From: Azolla caroliniana
Lineage: Eukaryota > Plantae > Polypodiophyta
Assembly (NCBI GenBank): GCA_043228905.1
Contig: JBHGNT010000001.1
Location: forward strand, 28,954,001 to 29,018,000
Reading direction: 5' to 3'
DNA length: 64,000 nucleotides
Positions within the stretch are counted from its first letter, which is position 1. Each line of letters opens with the position of its first letter. Position numbers and translations under genes: made by a program. Below are positions 21,536-33,694 of this stretch, one piece after another. The notes under the pieces were generated by a model that saw only the letters and a list, made by a program, of their open reading frames with translations, did not search any database and was not told where the DNA came from.

Positions 21536-24500
21536 TCATGCCTCATCTATGTCACTGCCAAGAGGATTGCATAATACATCAATCCTGGACCTATTAAAAT
21601 TCCCATCAATACTGAAAATGAGAAAAATGTTATAAATGTGGAACTTCATTAACTTGTCGAGATTGGTGTCTCACCTTTCGAGAACAAATTTCCCTTCTTT
21701 ATACTTCTCCCTTTCCTCATATGCCATATCCTGTCAACAAAATTTATACTGTCTTTTAAGAAAAAAATAGATCATTATTCATTGTTTACTAAAAGACAAT
21801 TAACCAAAAATCCTGGAAAAGTAAAGAAACTCATTACATATTTCCATCCCACATTCTGATGACAACAAATGCAGTAAATGTCAGCAACTATATGCATCCC
21901 AGTACTCATCAACCTTTCCTCGTTATCTCCAGCTGTTATATTCACTCTGCAAGATGATCACGTGTCAAAAATACTATTTTCAGACATGTCAATATACATT
22001 GATAAGGCCAAAAATTGTAAAGAAATTCTATGAGTCAGAGCACATAACCATCCAACAATACAAAGAGAAAGAACGTCGTATGCACATTTAAAGTAGAGCA
22101 TCAAGGGAAATGGTCCAACTTGAACAAAGCAAGCTAAAAAAGTAAAATTAAATGCATAGGAAGGGAGACTTACACATTGTTGAACAAGTAAGCCTTTCCA
22201 TGCCGACAGTGAAATGTCTGGTAAACAAAAGAAAACCACCATGAAAAACACGTGGCCAGATAAAGGTATTAATCATTTTCTCGCGCATACATCCCCAAAC
22301 CAAGCATGTGATACATTTTTTAATAATGAGTTATACTTTGAGCCCCGAGATAGAATCCGACTTTTAAAATCAAATACATTAACGAATCTTATATCAAACT
22401 CAGCTCTCACTCTCTAAGGGCTTTCATTTTTTTGCCACATAATATAGTCATATCAGATGAATTTCGTGGCCATGAATGTGACTGAAATGATACTCACATT
22501 TTAGGATTTTGATGGGACTCAAACAATGGGAAAAGGTCATATAGTTCAAAATTGGTGCTCCCTTGTGACAATTTCTTCTTATTCTTGTTCTCAGGGGTAA
22601 AATATGGCATATGGACCAAACTGAAACATTTTCATATAATGCGTGGGGAGTTAATGGGTAAAGAATTTTGTTAATTACCGTTGCAATTGAGAGTGCACAT
22701 TGTGACTCAAAGAGAAATGTGTATGGATATGTCTGGGTTGAAAACACGGGGAAAGCTAACTCATTTGTGATCAGGAGAGGGAGACAGAATTTCAGAATGT
22801 TTCACAAGCACAATTGGTGTCAAGCAAGGATGCCCACTTTTCACCTACCATGTTTGAGTTTACAGAACAAGTAAGGACTCGCGAGGTTACCATTTAAGGA
22901 CATATTAACCATCCTATAGTCACAGATGTGTGATATAGTTCTCTTGACTCACAAGGAAGAAACGTTTATCATTGTTCTAGAAAAGTTTTACATGTATAGT
23001 TCAAAACAAAAGTACACAATAATGAGTCTGCATTGTATATGTTAATGAGACACTAGAAGAGGTGGAGAGCTTAAATACCTGGGTCTTGAGTTTCAAGGCA
23101 TAAAAAATGGCCTAATTGTGCAATGATGTTGACTGGAAGCAAGGGAAAGGACATACTATGCGTTTGAGGACATATTTAACAAAGTGGAAAGCAAATGTTG
23201 GGTTCTCAAGAAATACCTCCTATGTGACAGCATCTCCAGTCTACCTCAGAAAATAATTTGAACATGTCCAAAAGTGATTTCATACAAAGACACATACAAT
23301 GTACATACTCCTACCCACTTCACTACCAGATCACTTTATATTGACACTGCAGGCATAGTGAGGTTTGTGGAGTACACATTCATGATGTGCCAAAACCATT
23401 GACACATCAACTTCCGACAATTGCATGGAAGCAAGCACCAGATGCACAAACTCAGCATATTGAACTCCGGATGGATGCAATACATCAAGAAGTGGCTTGA
23501 ACGCTGAAATGCAACAAAATTGCTCCGTAGGCTCTACAACGAATGAAATTTGGTTGCAAAGTTGATTATATTACTGCTTGGGAGAAATGCAGAGGCTCAG
23601 GCTTTCATACATTATATCACATAGTTGCAGCAAACTACAAAACCATCTTCGCAATAATCACAGCCATCCTTATATCCTTGGTCCACCACCTTGTTTTCTA
23701 TCCACGTCATCCCTTCCATTCATCATATCTCTTCATTATCTCTGATGCTAGACAGAGTGCTGCAGCACGGCAGAAGAGTCTCTCAGCAATGTTTCTGAAT
23801 CTGGGTGTCATCCTACCTGAGAGCTCTGACTTCAATAATATTAGACCTTAAAATATGTTTTTGCCATTATCTATCTTTGACACCTATCTCTCCCCCCCAA
23901 TCTCAACCACCATGTCGCCTCACAATTGCAATGCTTATTATATAATTCTTAAAAGATTTTATGTCACTAATCAGATCCACAGACACACCAAGATAATGAT
24001 TTCTTTGGTTCCATTGGTCATATTTTAGCTCTCAAGAAGACAATAAAATCTCTGACGCTGATTTCTGACTTTGTGACTATTGAAGGATTCAAAACCTAAA
24101 ACAACATATACACTGGAAGCATCATGCAAGTCAAAATTCACATTCGTGTATGTCTGTGATCTCATATGAGAGTTATAACATGTAAAATCGAATTTCCATA
24201 CAAACATATGTACGTACACAAAGACACACATGAGAGTTATATCATACAAAACCAAACTTCCCATACATGCACACATACATAGAATATACACAGAAAGTCG
24301 CACAATATAGAAAACAAATAATTCAGTAACCAATATATTATCACACATACATGCATATACATATCCATACACAAGAAAACAACATGTGCAAAGTAATAAT
24401 TCAGCACAAAAACAGCACATTACTAAAACTAGCATGGAAAAGACCTTCTTTTTTTAAAAGGATGTTCTGCCCCAAGAGTATTTTCTATTCTATTATTAAC

Positions 24501-24672
24501 TTCTTCTTTTGTTCTTTCATCAGCAATAAACAAATATAATAAAGAAAAAACAGAGCACGTTTTCACTCTCTCTCACCTTGGACATGAGTTCGTCGATATT
24601 AGCTAATTGGGTATGGCAGAAGCAGCATGTGTAGAAAGCTCCATCCAACTTCTTCACATAAATCCGGCCCAT
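21536..24672 (-). CDS. YPEL: Yippee-like (YPEL) zinc-binding protein, 119 aa, 5 exons
   Basis: Exons 24672-24577, 22217-22174, 21946-21838, 21730-21675, 21590-21536, all GT-AG and phase-compatible: MGRIYVKKLDGAFYTCCFCHTQLANIDELMSK TFHCRHGKAYLFNNV VNITAGDNEERLMSTGMHIVADIYCICCHQNVGWKY DMAYEEREKYKEGKFVLER SRIDVLCNPLGSDIDEA*. Confidence 0.95.
22450..23230. mobile_element. LINE fragment in Yippee intron 1 with two oppositely oriented parts
   Basis: 22540-22750 minus resembles the LINE 3' end at 7230-7450 (QCALSIAT); 22800-23230 plus carries RT motifs TIGVKQGCPL(S)PTMF and EEVES.KYLGLEF. Confidence 0.65.
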
Positions 24673-27322
24673 GCTTTTCTTTGGTGACTACTTCTGTGTG
24701 TTTTCTCACTCTTTTTTCAGAATACGATCAATAACCTTGGATAGATGACGATGATGATTTTTTTTAAAAACAGGGGAGGGGGGGTTAACTGTTAGACAAG
24801 ATCTCTCTCACGCACCTCCACATGATGATGATGATGATGATGATGATGTCTGTGATTGAAGGAGATGGTGCTTTTGGAAAGTTGCATTGAATTCATTGTA
24901 ATATGAATGAGTCCAATTAGGAAGGAAGGAAGGAAGGAAGGAAGGGGGAAATGAAGGGTAAAAAGGCTGTCTCGAGGCCTATCCATCCATACATTGGTAG
25001 TACACGCAAAAAATGTCACACTCTTTAAGCCTCCACACTTAGGGACACAATCCATCTTTCGGGTGTATCTCGCTCACTCGCCCATCCCATCGTAGTTGTT
25101 CAAGACTCAAGCTTATGTCCACTCTAATTTGATGTCCGTGTGTGTTTAAACATACGTGTTCCCCAACATCCAGACAATGTGGTATGTTAAGTATGTCCAC
25201 CTTTTATTGTATGTCCTAGTGTTGCTAAACGTGTGTCCACTCTCGCTGCTTGACAATGTGGTTCATTTAAGTGTATGTCCACCCCGTTCAGATATCCTTG
25301 TCTATTAAACGTGCATCGTGTCCACTCTCCTTTGATGTTGTGACCTAACAAGCTTTTGCTCCCCCCTCCAAACATTGAAACAAATATCCACAAAAATAGA
25401 TACTCTATAAACTAATTGTTTTGTCCACTTCCATATTGTGGCTTTCACTCGTGCATTTGTTATTTTAAAGCCACACACTTTTCGACCTTCCAAAACCATG
25501 ACTTTGTTAACCCACGCTTTTGAAGACCTTGAGACCACATCCATTAATGTTTCTTCATCAATCTCGCATGAAAGATGCTTTATTGCATCTTGCAACAATG
25601 GAAGGTTAGGACAACTCAATTAAATGCATTCATCGTGATTCCAATAATAGTACAATAATTATGATCAACTACCTTTCCTACATCTTCAAGGATCATGTAA
25701 GGGGCGAGCATTATCCACCAATCCTTCTAATTCACATCCAATATTACCTTTTTCGTAGGGGACTATTCGAAAACTTCACATCACTCATGTGTTTGAATAG
25801 AATGAACAAAAAGTTAAAGACACTTTTGTGTTGTAGATTGTTTCTTCTAGTATTGCACAAACTCCAGAAAAAGTACTGCAAGTGCTTAATATAATCAATG
25901 GATTTTATGTTTATTTTATTCACATTATTCATGAACCTAATAACAATGCGCGCTAAAGCCATACATGAAAATGCATTTACCTTGTATTGATTCTATGCAT
26001 CCTATTTTTCACTATTTGACTTTATGCTAACAACCCAAACAATGAAATGTATGCATTTCAAGAGTCCGTAACAATGTTGTTTTACCTATCTTTTTTATTG
26101 CATTAAAACTTCTTTATATGGAATAATATCCATAAACATAAAAATGTGTACATCAATGTTCTCACAAATACACCCATATTGAAAAGCTCTCAATTATTGT
26201 TCTTATGAAAGCCTCATTTAAACATGATATGCAATAATACATTATTTCATCCAATGATCTTTTACCCTTCTTGTCTAACCAATCTCTCGGCTTTCTTAAT
26301 ATTTTATAGCACCTTAGGGGTAACATCAAGTCAAGTATATATCTAAATTTCATAAAAAGATCTATAGAGTTAGGCAAGGGATTATGCCAAGAATTGTTCA
26401 GAAAATATCAACAAGAGTATTGAAGAATCGACAAGACCTCAAGATGCAAAGGAAACACCTGGTCAAGGATTGCCTCCAAATATCCTTACCCTAGCATATG
26501 AATTACACATTAATAGTATACCCTCATAGACACCATTTCAATCGTTTCGTTCCCTCATACAATGACTTGATTTGATGTATGAGACAAAATTCAAGAAGTT
26601 ATGGGCAATGCTACACTACACAATAGTTAAAAGGGATCAACATTTCCACATTATGTAAGGTAAGCATATTTCGTATGAAATATTATGATGAATATTGAAT
26701 GAAAGAAAATTATATATTTTAACAAATTGGTATTACCAAAAGAAAGAATAGAATACTCTTGTAGAGTGACCAAGTGCTTCAATAATGAATAAGTCTCTTT
26801 GTAAAATTCAGTTGTGTTGACATTATAAACCCATGTATCTATAATGTGGGCTACCAACTAAATCCTCATGCATAAAGAAAGTTCATACCAAGCAATTTTT
26901 AAAGAGAAAACATTGCATTCAAGGGCATATGGATCATATACTATGCTCACATCTTGAAAAATGATACCATTGGTACCTCCATTTGTACATTCATCACAAA
27001 TGTAGTAATTAGTGTAAGAGTTAGATGCACTTGGCAATAACTTAGTTACTAACCTAGAAATACCAGTAATCACAACTTAGTATTCATAAAAAATCAAGGC
27101 TTAAGTTATGTTGCCTTTCAATTTGTGCATTAATGGGGGTTAAGGTGGAACCAATCAAACATAACAGTGATTGATTGATTGACTAAAGAAAAAGAAGAAA
27201 GTTGAAAGCAATGAATATAGTACTTGGAATTTACTCCAACCATATTCATGTTGTTTCAAGTGAACATTCCATTTGCATAGTATACACTGCAAATGATTTC
27301 TGGACACAATAGGGCATAAATT

Positions 27323-27732
27323 TGTTACGGCCGGCAAGGAGTCCAAAATACGGAATTAATTATATATGGTTGTAAATGAGGATAGTGTGGACGGACGGAC
27401 TGGAAACGGTATGCCGTTCCAGATCCGGACGGATCCCGAATAGGTGCGAGGGGCACCGTTTTGTACTACGGGCCGGAAACCTATTTAAAGGCCCGGACCC
27501 TATTGTAATGACAGCGGATAATTAATAGAGCTTATGATGTTTGTACTTCTGTCTTGATTTCCGTTCTGTAATCACTGTTATATCTTACGCGTGTAATTAA
27601 CCAAGCAATCTAATCGTGTAACCTACGTAAGTCGGTGTAATCGTTGAATCTTAATCCTATGCCGTAATCACCCTTTGGTGAAGTGTCTCCGTGACACCTT
27701 GTGTTAGGCCTTGTCCGGCTAAGCGAATAACA
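27323..27732 (+). repeat. 5' LTR (410 bp)
   Basis: Direct repeat of 36726-37136; TATA-like CTATTTAAAG at 27481-27490. Confidence 0.97.
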
Positions 27733-27738
27733 CAGTTT

Positions 27739-27748
27739 TGGCGACCAC
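27739..27748 (+). promoter_or_regulatory. Primer binding site, probably tRNA-Arg
   Basis: TGGCGACCAC 6 nt after the 5' LTR, complementary to a tRNA 3' end ...GUGGUCG-CCA as I recall for tRNA-Arg(UCG). Confidence 0.7.
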
Positions 27749-27783
27749 GATTCCTGCTTACTCGCAGCGAACGACGGTAATGG

Positions 27784-30700
27784 ATGACTAGACCAACGCA
27801 CGACTTGGTTACAGACCGAGCTCGACGCATCGCCGAACGGCAAAGACGGCGTGAGACTTTCCAGCAAGCAGCGCAGGAAATTCGCTCGGATCGTTCGTTC
27901 TCCAACGAGATCCGGAGAGTCGCGGAGGAATCTCTCCGGTTACGGCAAACTCGCAACCAGGACGACGGAAGCAGTCTAAGTAGTCTCCGGGAAACCGAAC
28001 GACTCCTGGAGGCGCTGGCAAGCGGAGAAAACGAGGCAGAAGCCTTTTCAGCCTACGAATCAGATTCCGAAGGGGGATACAGCGTGCACACGAACTACCG
28101 GAGCAGCAACGATACCCCCGGCGGCCCGGAAGACGACGGGTCGGATACCGTGCCGACTCCAGAACCGGAACCGCTCAACCAGGGCTATCCGGAACCGCAA
28201 ACGGAAGCCGTCAACCCACCAACACCGGAAGTGGAAGAAGCAAAGCCACCAACACCGACGAACGGACCGGCAAAGGTACCGGAAGTGGAACCGGAGAAAG
28301 AACCGGAAAAATATCAACAAACGCCACTAAACCGCGGCTTAATACTGGACGACGACATGCCGTTCCAATATTCAAAGTACCGCGATGATCCGGATGCGGA
28401 AGCGCATGTGGATGACTTCGAGCAGACATGGGAAGCAAATCACACGTCCCAGCGAATGACACCGGAGGAAGAAGAACGCTCGAAGATAGCGGAATTCGGA
28501 GTCACGTTGGAGGGACCAGCGACACGATGGCGGCGGTCGCAGGACCCGGCGACCATCACAACATTTGCAGAATTAAAAGCAAAATTCTTGCATTTTTTCC
28601 ACAAGGAAGTCGACCAGACGACAATGGTGGGCCTGTTTTATACGATCCGGCAGGAGGCAGGGGAAAGCATTCCCCAATTCGTCATCCGTTTCCAACGGAT
28701 GCATAGCCAGCTTGCTCGTGCACCCCCGGAGGAGGAATTACGGACGATATTTTTAAACGCACTCCGGGAACCGTTACGCACGGTGTGTACGGTGATCGAC
28801 TTTCGAGGATGCACCATCGATCAGGTCATTGACCGGGTCAGGGAAATGGAAAAGACAAGCTCATGGCTTACGCTGGGAACACTACAACGGGCGTTACCCA
28901 CCGAGGAAGATCTCCGGTTCCGGCAGGCAATTCAATGCACAATCTGCTTAAATGCCGGACACTCGGCAGTAGAGTGCACCATGCGCACTCAGTGTGTGAT
29001 TTGTCAATCCAAGAGTCATACAACGGACCGGTGCGAGTACAACCTGTTAAATCGACAAGCACCACCCGTCCGACGGATCGAGCCAAGAAGCAGCCGAGAC
29101 GAAGATGACGATCGTTGGCAAAGAGGGAACCGGTACCCACCGGCACAAGATGTCCGGTACGGAGACAGGCAAGAGAATGATGGCCGGTACGGGAATCGGC
29201 GTGATAACTACGACCGGTACGAGCGATCGGACCGTTATCGGGAGCCCAACAGACGACACGAGCAATACGACAGAGACCATTCGCCTAGTTACCGACGGCA
29301 CCAGGAGGACTATGGCCGATTTTACGATCCACCACGACCGGACTACCGAAATAAGAATAAGAATAATAAGAAACGTAATTTCAAGAAAGGTGGTCACCCC
29401 AGGGACCCGGAACATGGAACACCAAGGAGCCAACCGGCACAGAACGCACCACTCGCTACGGGACCAACGCCGGCTACCAGCAATGCTGAATCCAGCAATA
29501 CCCGTAAAGAGTACTGCTACTACTGCAGGCAGGAAGGCCACTACAGTAACCAGTGCCCGGTAAAGAGCTACGAGAAACGACCAGCAGTTAATATGGTGGT
29601 TCCAGAAGTGGCGGATTTACAGCAAGTAACCACACGGTCGAGGGGCATGGCCAAAGAGTGGGAAACACAAGAGGTCATACGAAAACAAGCGACGGAATGG
29701 GTGAAGGAAGCCAATGAAAAGAACGTCGCTGACGCGGAACGGCAAAAGGCAAATAGCATAGGGAGTGCCGGCGGTAGACACCCAGAAAACGAGACATGGC
29801 AAGCACTGCAAGAATGTCAGATCACGTTGCCGCTAGGAAGACTCTTACAGCTCGTGCCGCGATTTACGGAAGGGCTAAAAACGGGCATGTCAGACGGCAT
29901 AGCCCCACCGGCACCAGTCCTCTTCTCAAACCCGGAGGAGGGACCAACGGTAGTGGACACTAGCAGTCCGGTGATTACAGCTATTGTCAAAGGGCACGAA
30001 CTTCCCGGCACCGTAATCGATGGAGGTTCCGGGGTGAACGTAATAAGCCTCCGTACGTGTGATGCCTTGGGTATACATGAATGGGAGCCATGCCCGTTCT
30101 GGCTACGGATGGCGGATACGAGCTCGGTGCGGCCGACGGGCTTAATACGGAAATTGGAAGTCACCATAGGAGGCCACACATTTCACATCTCGGCTGTCGT
30201 GCTGCAGCTACAGGCGCAAGGCGCGTACCCACTATTGCTGGGCAGACCATGGTTGAAAACAGCACACATCAAGCAAAATTGGCGAAAAAATATGATTACC
30301 TTCCGGCGCGGAAAAGCCAAGGTCCGGGTACCGACACAACCACGGACGAGCAACGGTAAGGAATGCACACCGCTGTATGCGGAATGTGTGAACATGCTTG
30401 AAGGATTGGCAGACGACGAAGAAGCCCAGTACTTGGAGGAACATCCGAGGATCGTACCACTCTTCGAGATTGATGTAGCTGAAGCCGTAGCCGCATACTT
30501 GCCGCAGCGGGACGACGACACCGAAGCCGAACCAGACAAAGATGCGATTCGGGAATTACGGCAAGCACAGGAAGCATTGGAACGGGAAATGGCCGTTTCC
30601 CAACGGGTAAAAGCATCCCAGCTCGACGAAGTGAACCTAGGAAGCAAGGGCGAATCAAAGCCGGTTCACATCGCCAAAGAAATGAAGCCGGAAGATAAAG

Positions 30701-33603
30701 CGGCGATGATCAAACTGCTTACGGAGTTTCGCGACGTATTCGCCTGGTCATACGAAGACATGCGAGGGCTGGACCCTCAATTATATCAGCATCAAATCCA
30801 CTTAGGCAAGGACGCGAAACCAGTGGCGCAACGACGATACCGAATGAACCCCAACTACGCCGCCAAAGTAAAAGAGGAAATCGACAAACTCCTAAGAGTG
30901 GGCTTCATCCGGCCGGTAAAGAAAGCGACGTGGCTGAGCCCCATCGTCGTCGTCCCCAAGAAAAACGGTAAAATCCGTGTGTGTGTTGATTACAGGAAAC
31001 TAAATGCCGCCACAATTACGGATGCATTCCCTCTTCCGTTCACGGACGGAGTACTGGATGCCGTCGCCGGTCATGAAGTTTATAGCTTTTTAGACGGGTT
31101 CAGCGGGTACAATCAAATCCGGATGCACCCGGACGACCAGGAAAAGACAGCGTTCGTCACCGAATGGGGGGTGTTTGTGGCCGAAGTCATGATGTTCGGC
31201 CTAAAAACGGCACCAGCAACGTTCCAGCGAATCATCATGGAGATCTTCGGCGAATACATTCCTGCCTTCATGCAAGTTTTCCTAGATGATTTTGCAGTCT
31301 ATAGCCGGGGAAAAGACCATTTGCAGCACCTACGGTTATGCCTTGAAAAGTGCAGGTTATACCGGCTAAGCTTAAACCCAGCAAAATGCATCTTTGGGGT
31401 TTCAAGTGGAATATTGCTGGGACACATCGTAAGTAAGGAGGGCATTGCGGTCGACCCGGACAAAGTAAACGCCATACTAGGGGCACCGGCGCCGAAAACG
31501 GCCAAAGCACTAAGCCGATTTTTAGGACAAATCCGGTGGCATAGCCGGATGCTCCGTCACTTGGCGGACTTGGCGACACCATTACACACCGCGGTACATC
31601 GGACACCGTTCCAATGGACGGAGACGGAGGATAAGGCATACAATGCCCTGAAGGTACTTTTATCGCAAGCACCCGTCGTACAGCCTCCGGATTGGAGCAA
31701 GGAATTTCACGTGTTCGTGGACGCGTCCGACATCGCGATTGGCAGCGCCTTAATGCAGCTTACGGAGCCCAAATGGTACCGGCCGGTATATTACGCCAGC
31801 CGGAAGCTGTCCCAAGCGGAGAAGAACTATTCAACGACGGAACGGGAGGCCCTCGGCATGATCTACAGTGTCACAAAGTTTCGTCACTACCTATTGGGAA
31901 GGAAGTTCTCCTTCCATGTGGATCACTCGGCGCTCCTCTACTTAGTTTCCAAGGCGTCCCTGACCGGTAAGTTGGCCCGTTGGACCTTGCTGTTGCAGGA
32001 GTTCGAATTCGAGATTTTCCACCGGCCCGGTATCCAGCATGCCGTAGCAGACTACCTGAGCCGGTTAGAGTCCGGAGAACCAGGCGACGGAGTAGCGGAT
32101 GAATTCCCGGACGCGGAGTTATTCCGTATCACCCCGGAAACGGCAGCGGACGACACGGTGGCATCAGAAGATAAATGGCTGACAAACATGCACCAGTTCC
32201 TAAGCACGGGCCTGCCACCGGAGGAAATGAACCGGGACGAGAGGAAACGACTGGCGGTGCAGAGCCGCAATTTCTGTCTGTTACGGGACACTCTCTACCA
32301 CAAAGGAGCAGATGGAATATGGCGACGGGCAGTCCGTAGTGACGAGAAAGAAGTAATTTTACGGGAAGCACACTGTGGGGTTGCCGGAGGACACTATGCC
32401 GGGGAAGCGACGGCGAGGAAAGTATGGCAGAGCGGCTTGTGGTGGCCCACGACGTTAAAAGACGCCGTCAAGTATGCTAAGGAATGTGACCTATGCCAAC
32501 GAATGGGCCAGCCTACGGAGCAAGCACGAATGCCACACCAACCGGTACTTCCACTAGAGCCATTCCAGAAGTGGGGGTTGGATTTTGTCGGACCGTTCAA
32601 GCCACCGGCAATGAGAACGGGTAATCGTTATGTCATCGTGGCAACGGATTATTGCACGAAATGGGTGGAAGCTAAGGCCCTGAGAGACAACACCGCGTCA
32701 TCCACAGCAAAATTCCTATACGAAAACATTTGGTGCCGATATGGATGTCCGATTGAACTGATCAGCGACCAAGGAGGGCATTTCCTCGGCCAGGTAGTGG
32801 AAAGCTTAACAACGTTCTATGCCGTGGTGCATAAAAGAAGCACACCGTACTACCCACAGGCGAACGGGTTAGCGGAATCCACCAACAAAACGCTGCAGAA
32901 CATTCTCCGCAAAATCGTCAACGAAAACCGGACGGACTGGGATACAAAGCTCAATAGCGCGCTATGGGCGTACAGAACGGCATACAAAACGAGTATCCGG
33001 ACAACACCGTTCCGGTTAGCATTCGGCTTGGAAGCGGTCATGCCGGTCGAGTTCCAGGTACCAAGCTTACGGATCCAACTACGGGAACGGCTGAATGAAA
33101 AGAAGTCGGAGGAAATGCGGCTAGCAGCACTATGCGAACTGGAGGAGCAACGGCTGGCCAGCATCCTCCACATGGAACTGGAGCAACGACGACGGAAAGC
33201 GTTCGTTGACCGTCACCGAAAAGGTAACGAAAAGATGTTCGAAATCGGAAAGCCGGTTCTAGTCTTCCAAACGAGGATGGGCAAAATGCCGGGTAAACTC
33301 CGGTTCAGATGGACAGGCCCGTATTGGCTGACACGGGAATACAACGGGTCCTATCAGATAGGGACACTTGCCGGTGAAGTACTAGGCAAGTGGGTAAACG
33401 GATTTCGACTAAAACCCTATAAAGGACCGATGCCAAAGAACCCGTTTATGCAGCTCACCGGCACTACACCAGGAACCTGTCCGGGATCGGTACGGATCGA
33501 TCCGGAAGAAAGAGACGACGGGGAACCCGTAGCAGAGACAAAGGAAGACACGGCAACCCGTAAGGAAAACGGTCAGGGTCCGAAGGGACCTACGGATGTG
33601 TAA
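27784..33603 (+). CDS. Gypsy Gag-Pol polyprotein (1939 aa)
   Basis: Gag (IRQEAGESIPQFVIRF), CCHC knuckles, protease VIDGGSGVN, RT LDGFSGYNQI and FLDDF, RNase H VDASDIAIG and NYSTTEREAL, integrase HHCC plus WGLDFVGP, ISDQG and NGLAES, GPY motif; no chromodomain seen. Confidence 0.97.
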   Translation: MTRPTHDLVTDRARRIAERQRRRETFQQAAQEIRSDRSFSNEIRRVAEESLRLRQTRNQDDGSSLSSLRETERLLEALASGENEAEAFSAYESDSEGGYSVHTNYRSSNDTPGGPEDDGSDTVPTPEPEPLNQGYPEPQTEAVNPPTPEVEEAKPPTPTNGPAKVPEVEPEKEPEKYQQTPLNRGLILDDDMPFQYSKYRDDPDAEAHVDDFEQTWEANHTSQRMTPEEEERSKIAEFGVTLEGPATRWRRSQDPATITTFAELKAKFLHFFHKEVDQTTMVGLFYTIRQEAGESIPQFVIRFQRMHSQLARAPPEEELRTIFLNALREPLRTVCTVIDFRGCTIDQVIDRVREMEKTSSWLTLGTLQRALPTEEDLRFRQAIQCTICLNAGHSAVECTMRTQCVICQSKSHTTDRCEYNLLNRQAPPVRRIEPRSSRDEDDDRWQRGNRYPPAQDVRYGDRQENDGRYGNRRDNYDRYERSDRYREPNRRHEQYDRDHSPSYRRHQEDYGRFYDPPRPDYRNKNKNNKKRNFKKGGHPRDPEHGTPRSQPAQNAPLATGPTPATSNAESSNTRKEYCYYCRQEGHYSNQCPVKSYEKRPAVNMVVPEVADLQQVTTRSRGMAKEWETQEVIRKQATEWVKEANEKNVADAERQKANSIGSAGGRHPENETWQALQECQITLPLGRLLQLVPRFTEGLKTGMSDGIAPPAPVLFSNPEEGPTVVDTSSPVITAIVKGHELPGTVIDGGSGVNVISLRTCDALGIHEWEPCPFWLRMADTSSVRPTGLIRKLEVTIGGHTFHISAVVLQLQAQGAYPLLLGRPWLKTAHIKQNWRKNMITFRRGKAKVRVPTQPRTSNGKECTPLYAECVNMLEGLADDEEAQYLEEHPRIVPLFEIDVAEAVAAYLPQRDDDTEAEPDKDAIRELRQAQEALEREMAVSQRVKASQLDEVNLGSKGESKPVHIAKEMKPEDKAAMIKLLTEFRDVFAWSYEDMRGLDPQLYQHQIHLGKDAKPVAQRRYRMNPNYAAKVKEEIDKLLRVGFIRPVKKATWLSPIVVVPKKNGKIRVCVDYRKLNAATITDAFPLPFTDGVLDAVAGHEVYSFLDGFSGYNQIRMHPDDQEKTAFVTEWGVFVAEVMMFGLKTAPATFQRIIMEIFGEYIPAFMQVFLDDFAVYSRGKDHLQHLRLCLEKCRLYRLSLNPAKCIFGVSSGILLGHIVSKEGIAVDPDKVNAILGAPAPKTAKALSRFLGQIRWHSRMLRHLADLATPLHTAVHRTPFQWTETEDKAYNALKVLLSQAPVVQPPDWSKEFHVFVDASDIAIGSALMQLTEPKWYRPVYYASRKLSQAEKNYSTTEREALGMIYSVTKFRHYLLGRKFSFHVDHSALLYLVSKASLTGKLARWTLLLQEFEFEIFHRPGIQHAVADYLSRLESGEPGDGVADEFPDAELFRITPETAADDTVASEDKWLTNMHQFLSTGLPPEEMNRDERKRLAVQSRNFCLLRDTLYHKGADGIWRRAVRSDEKEVILREAHCGVAGGHYAGEATARKVWQSGLWWPTTLKDAVKYAKECDLCQRMGQPTEQARMPHQPVLPLEPFQKWGLDFVGPFKPPAMRTGNRYVIVATDYCTKWVEAKALRDNTASSTAKFLYENIWCRYGCPIELISDQGGHFLGQVVESLTTFYAVVHKRSTPYYPQANGLAESTNKTLQNILRKIVNENRTDWDTKLNSALWAYRTAYKTSIRTTPFRLAFGLEAVMPVEFQVPSLRIQLRERLNEKKSEEMRLAALCELEEQRLASILHMELEQRRRKAFVDRHRKGNEKMFEIGKPVLVFQTRMGKMPGKLRFRWTGPYWLTREYNGSYQIGTLAGEVLGKWVNGFRLKPYKGPMPKNPFMQLTGTTPGTCPGSVRIDPEERDDGEPVAETKEDTATRKENGQGPKGPTDV

Positions 33604-33628
33604 GGTCACACACCGTCATTAAAGACTG

Positions 33629-33665
<37 letters not shown>
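33629..33665 (+). repeat. Poly(A) run of 37 nt between pol and ORF2
   Basis: Uninterrupted A homopolymer 25 nt after the pol stop. Confidence 0.95.
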
Positions 33666-33666
<1 letters not shown>

Positions 33667-33694
33667 ATCATTAAAAATCGAGGTATGAACGGGT

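Noticed and set aside
24792-25055. Poly-His ORF upstream of Yippee
   Set aside because: Arises from (ATG)n and (GAAG)n microsatellites in the leader or promoter.
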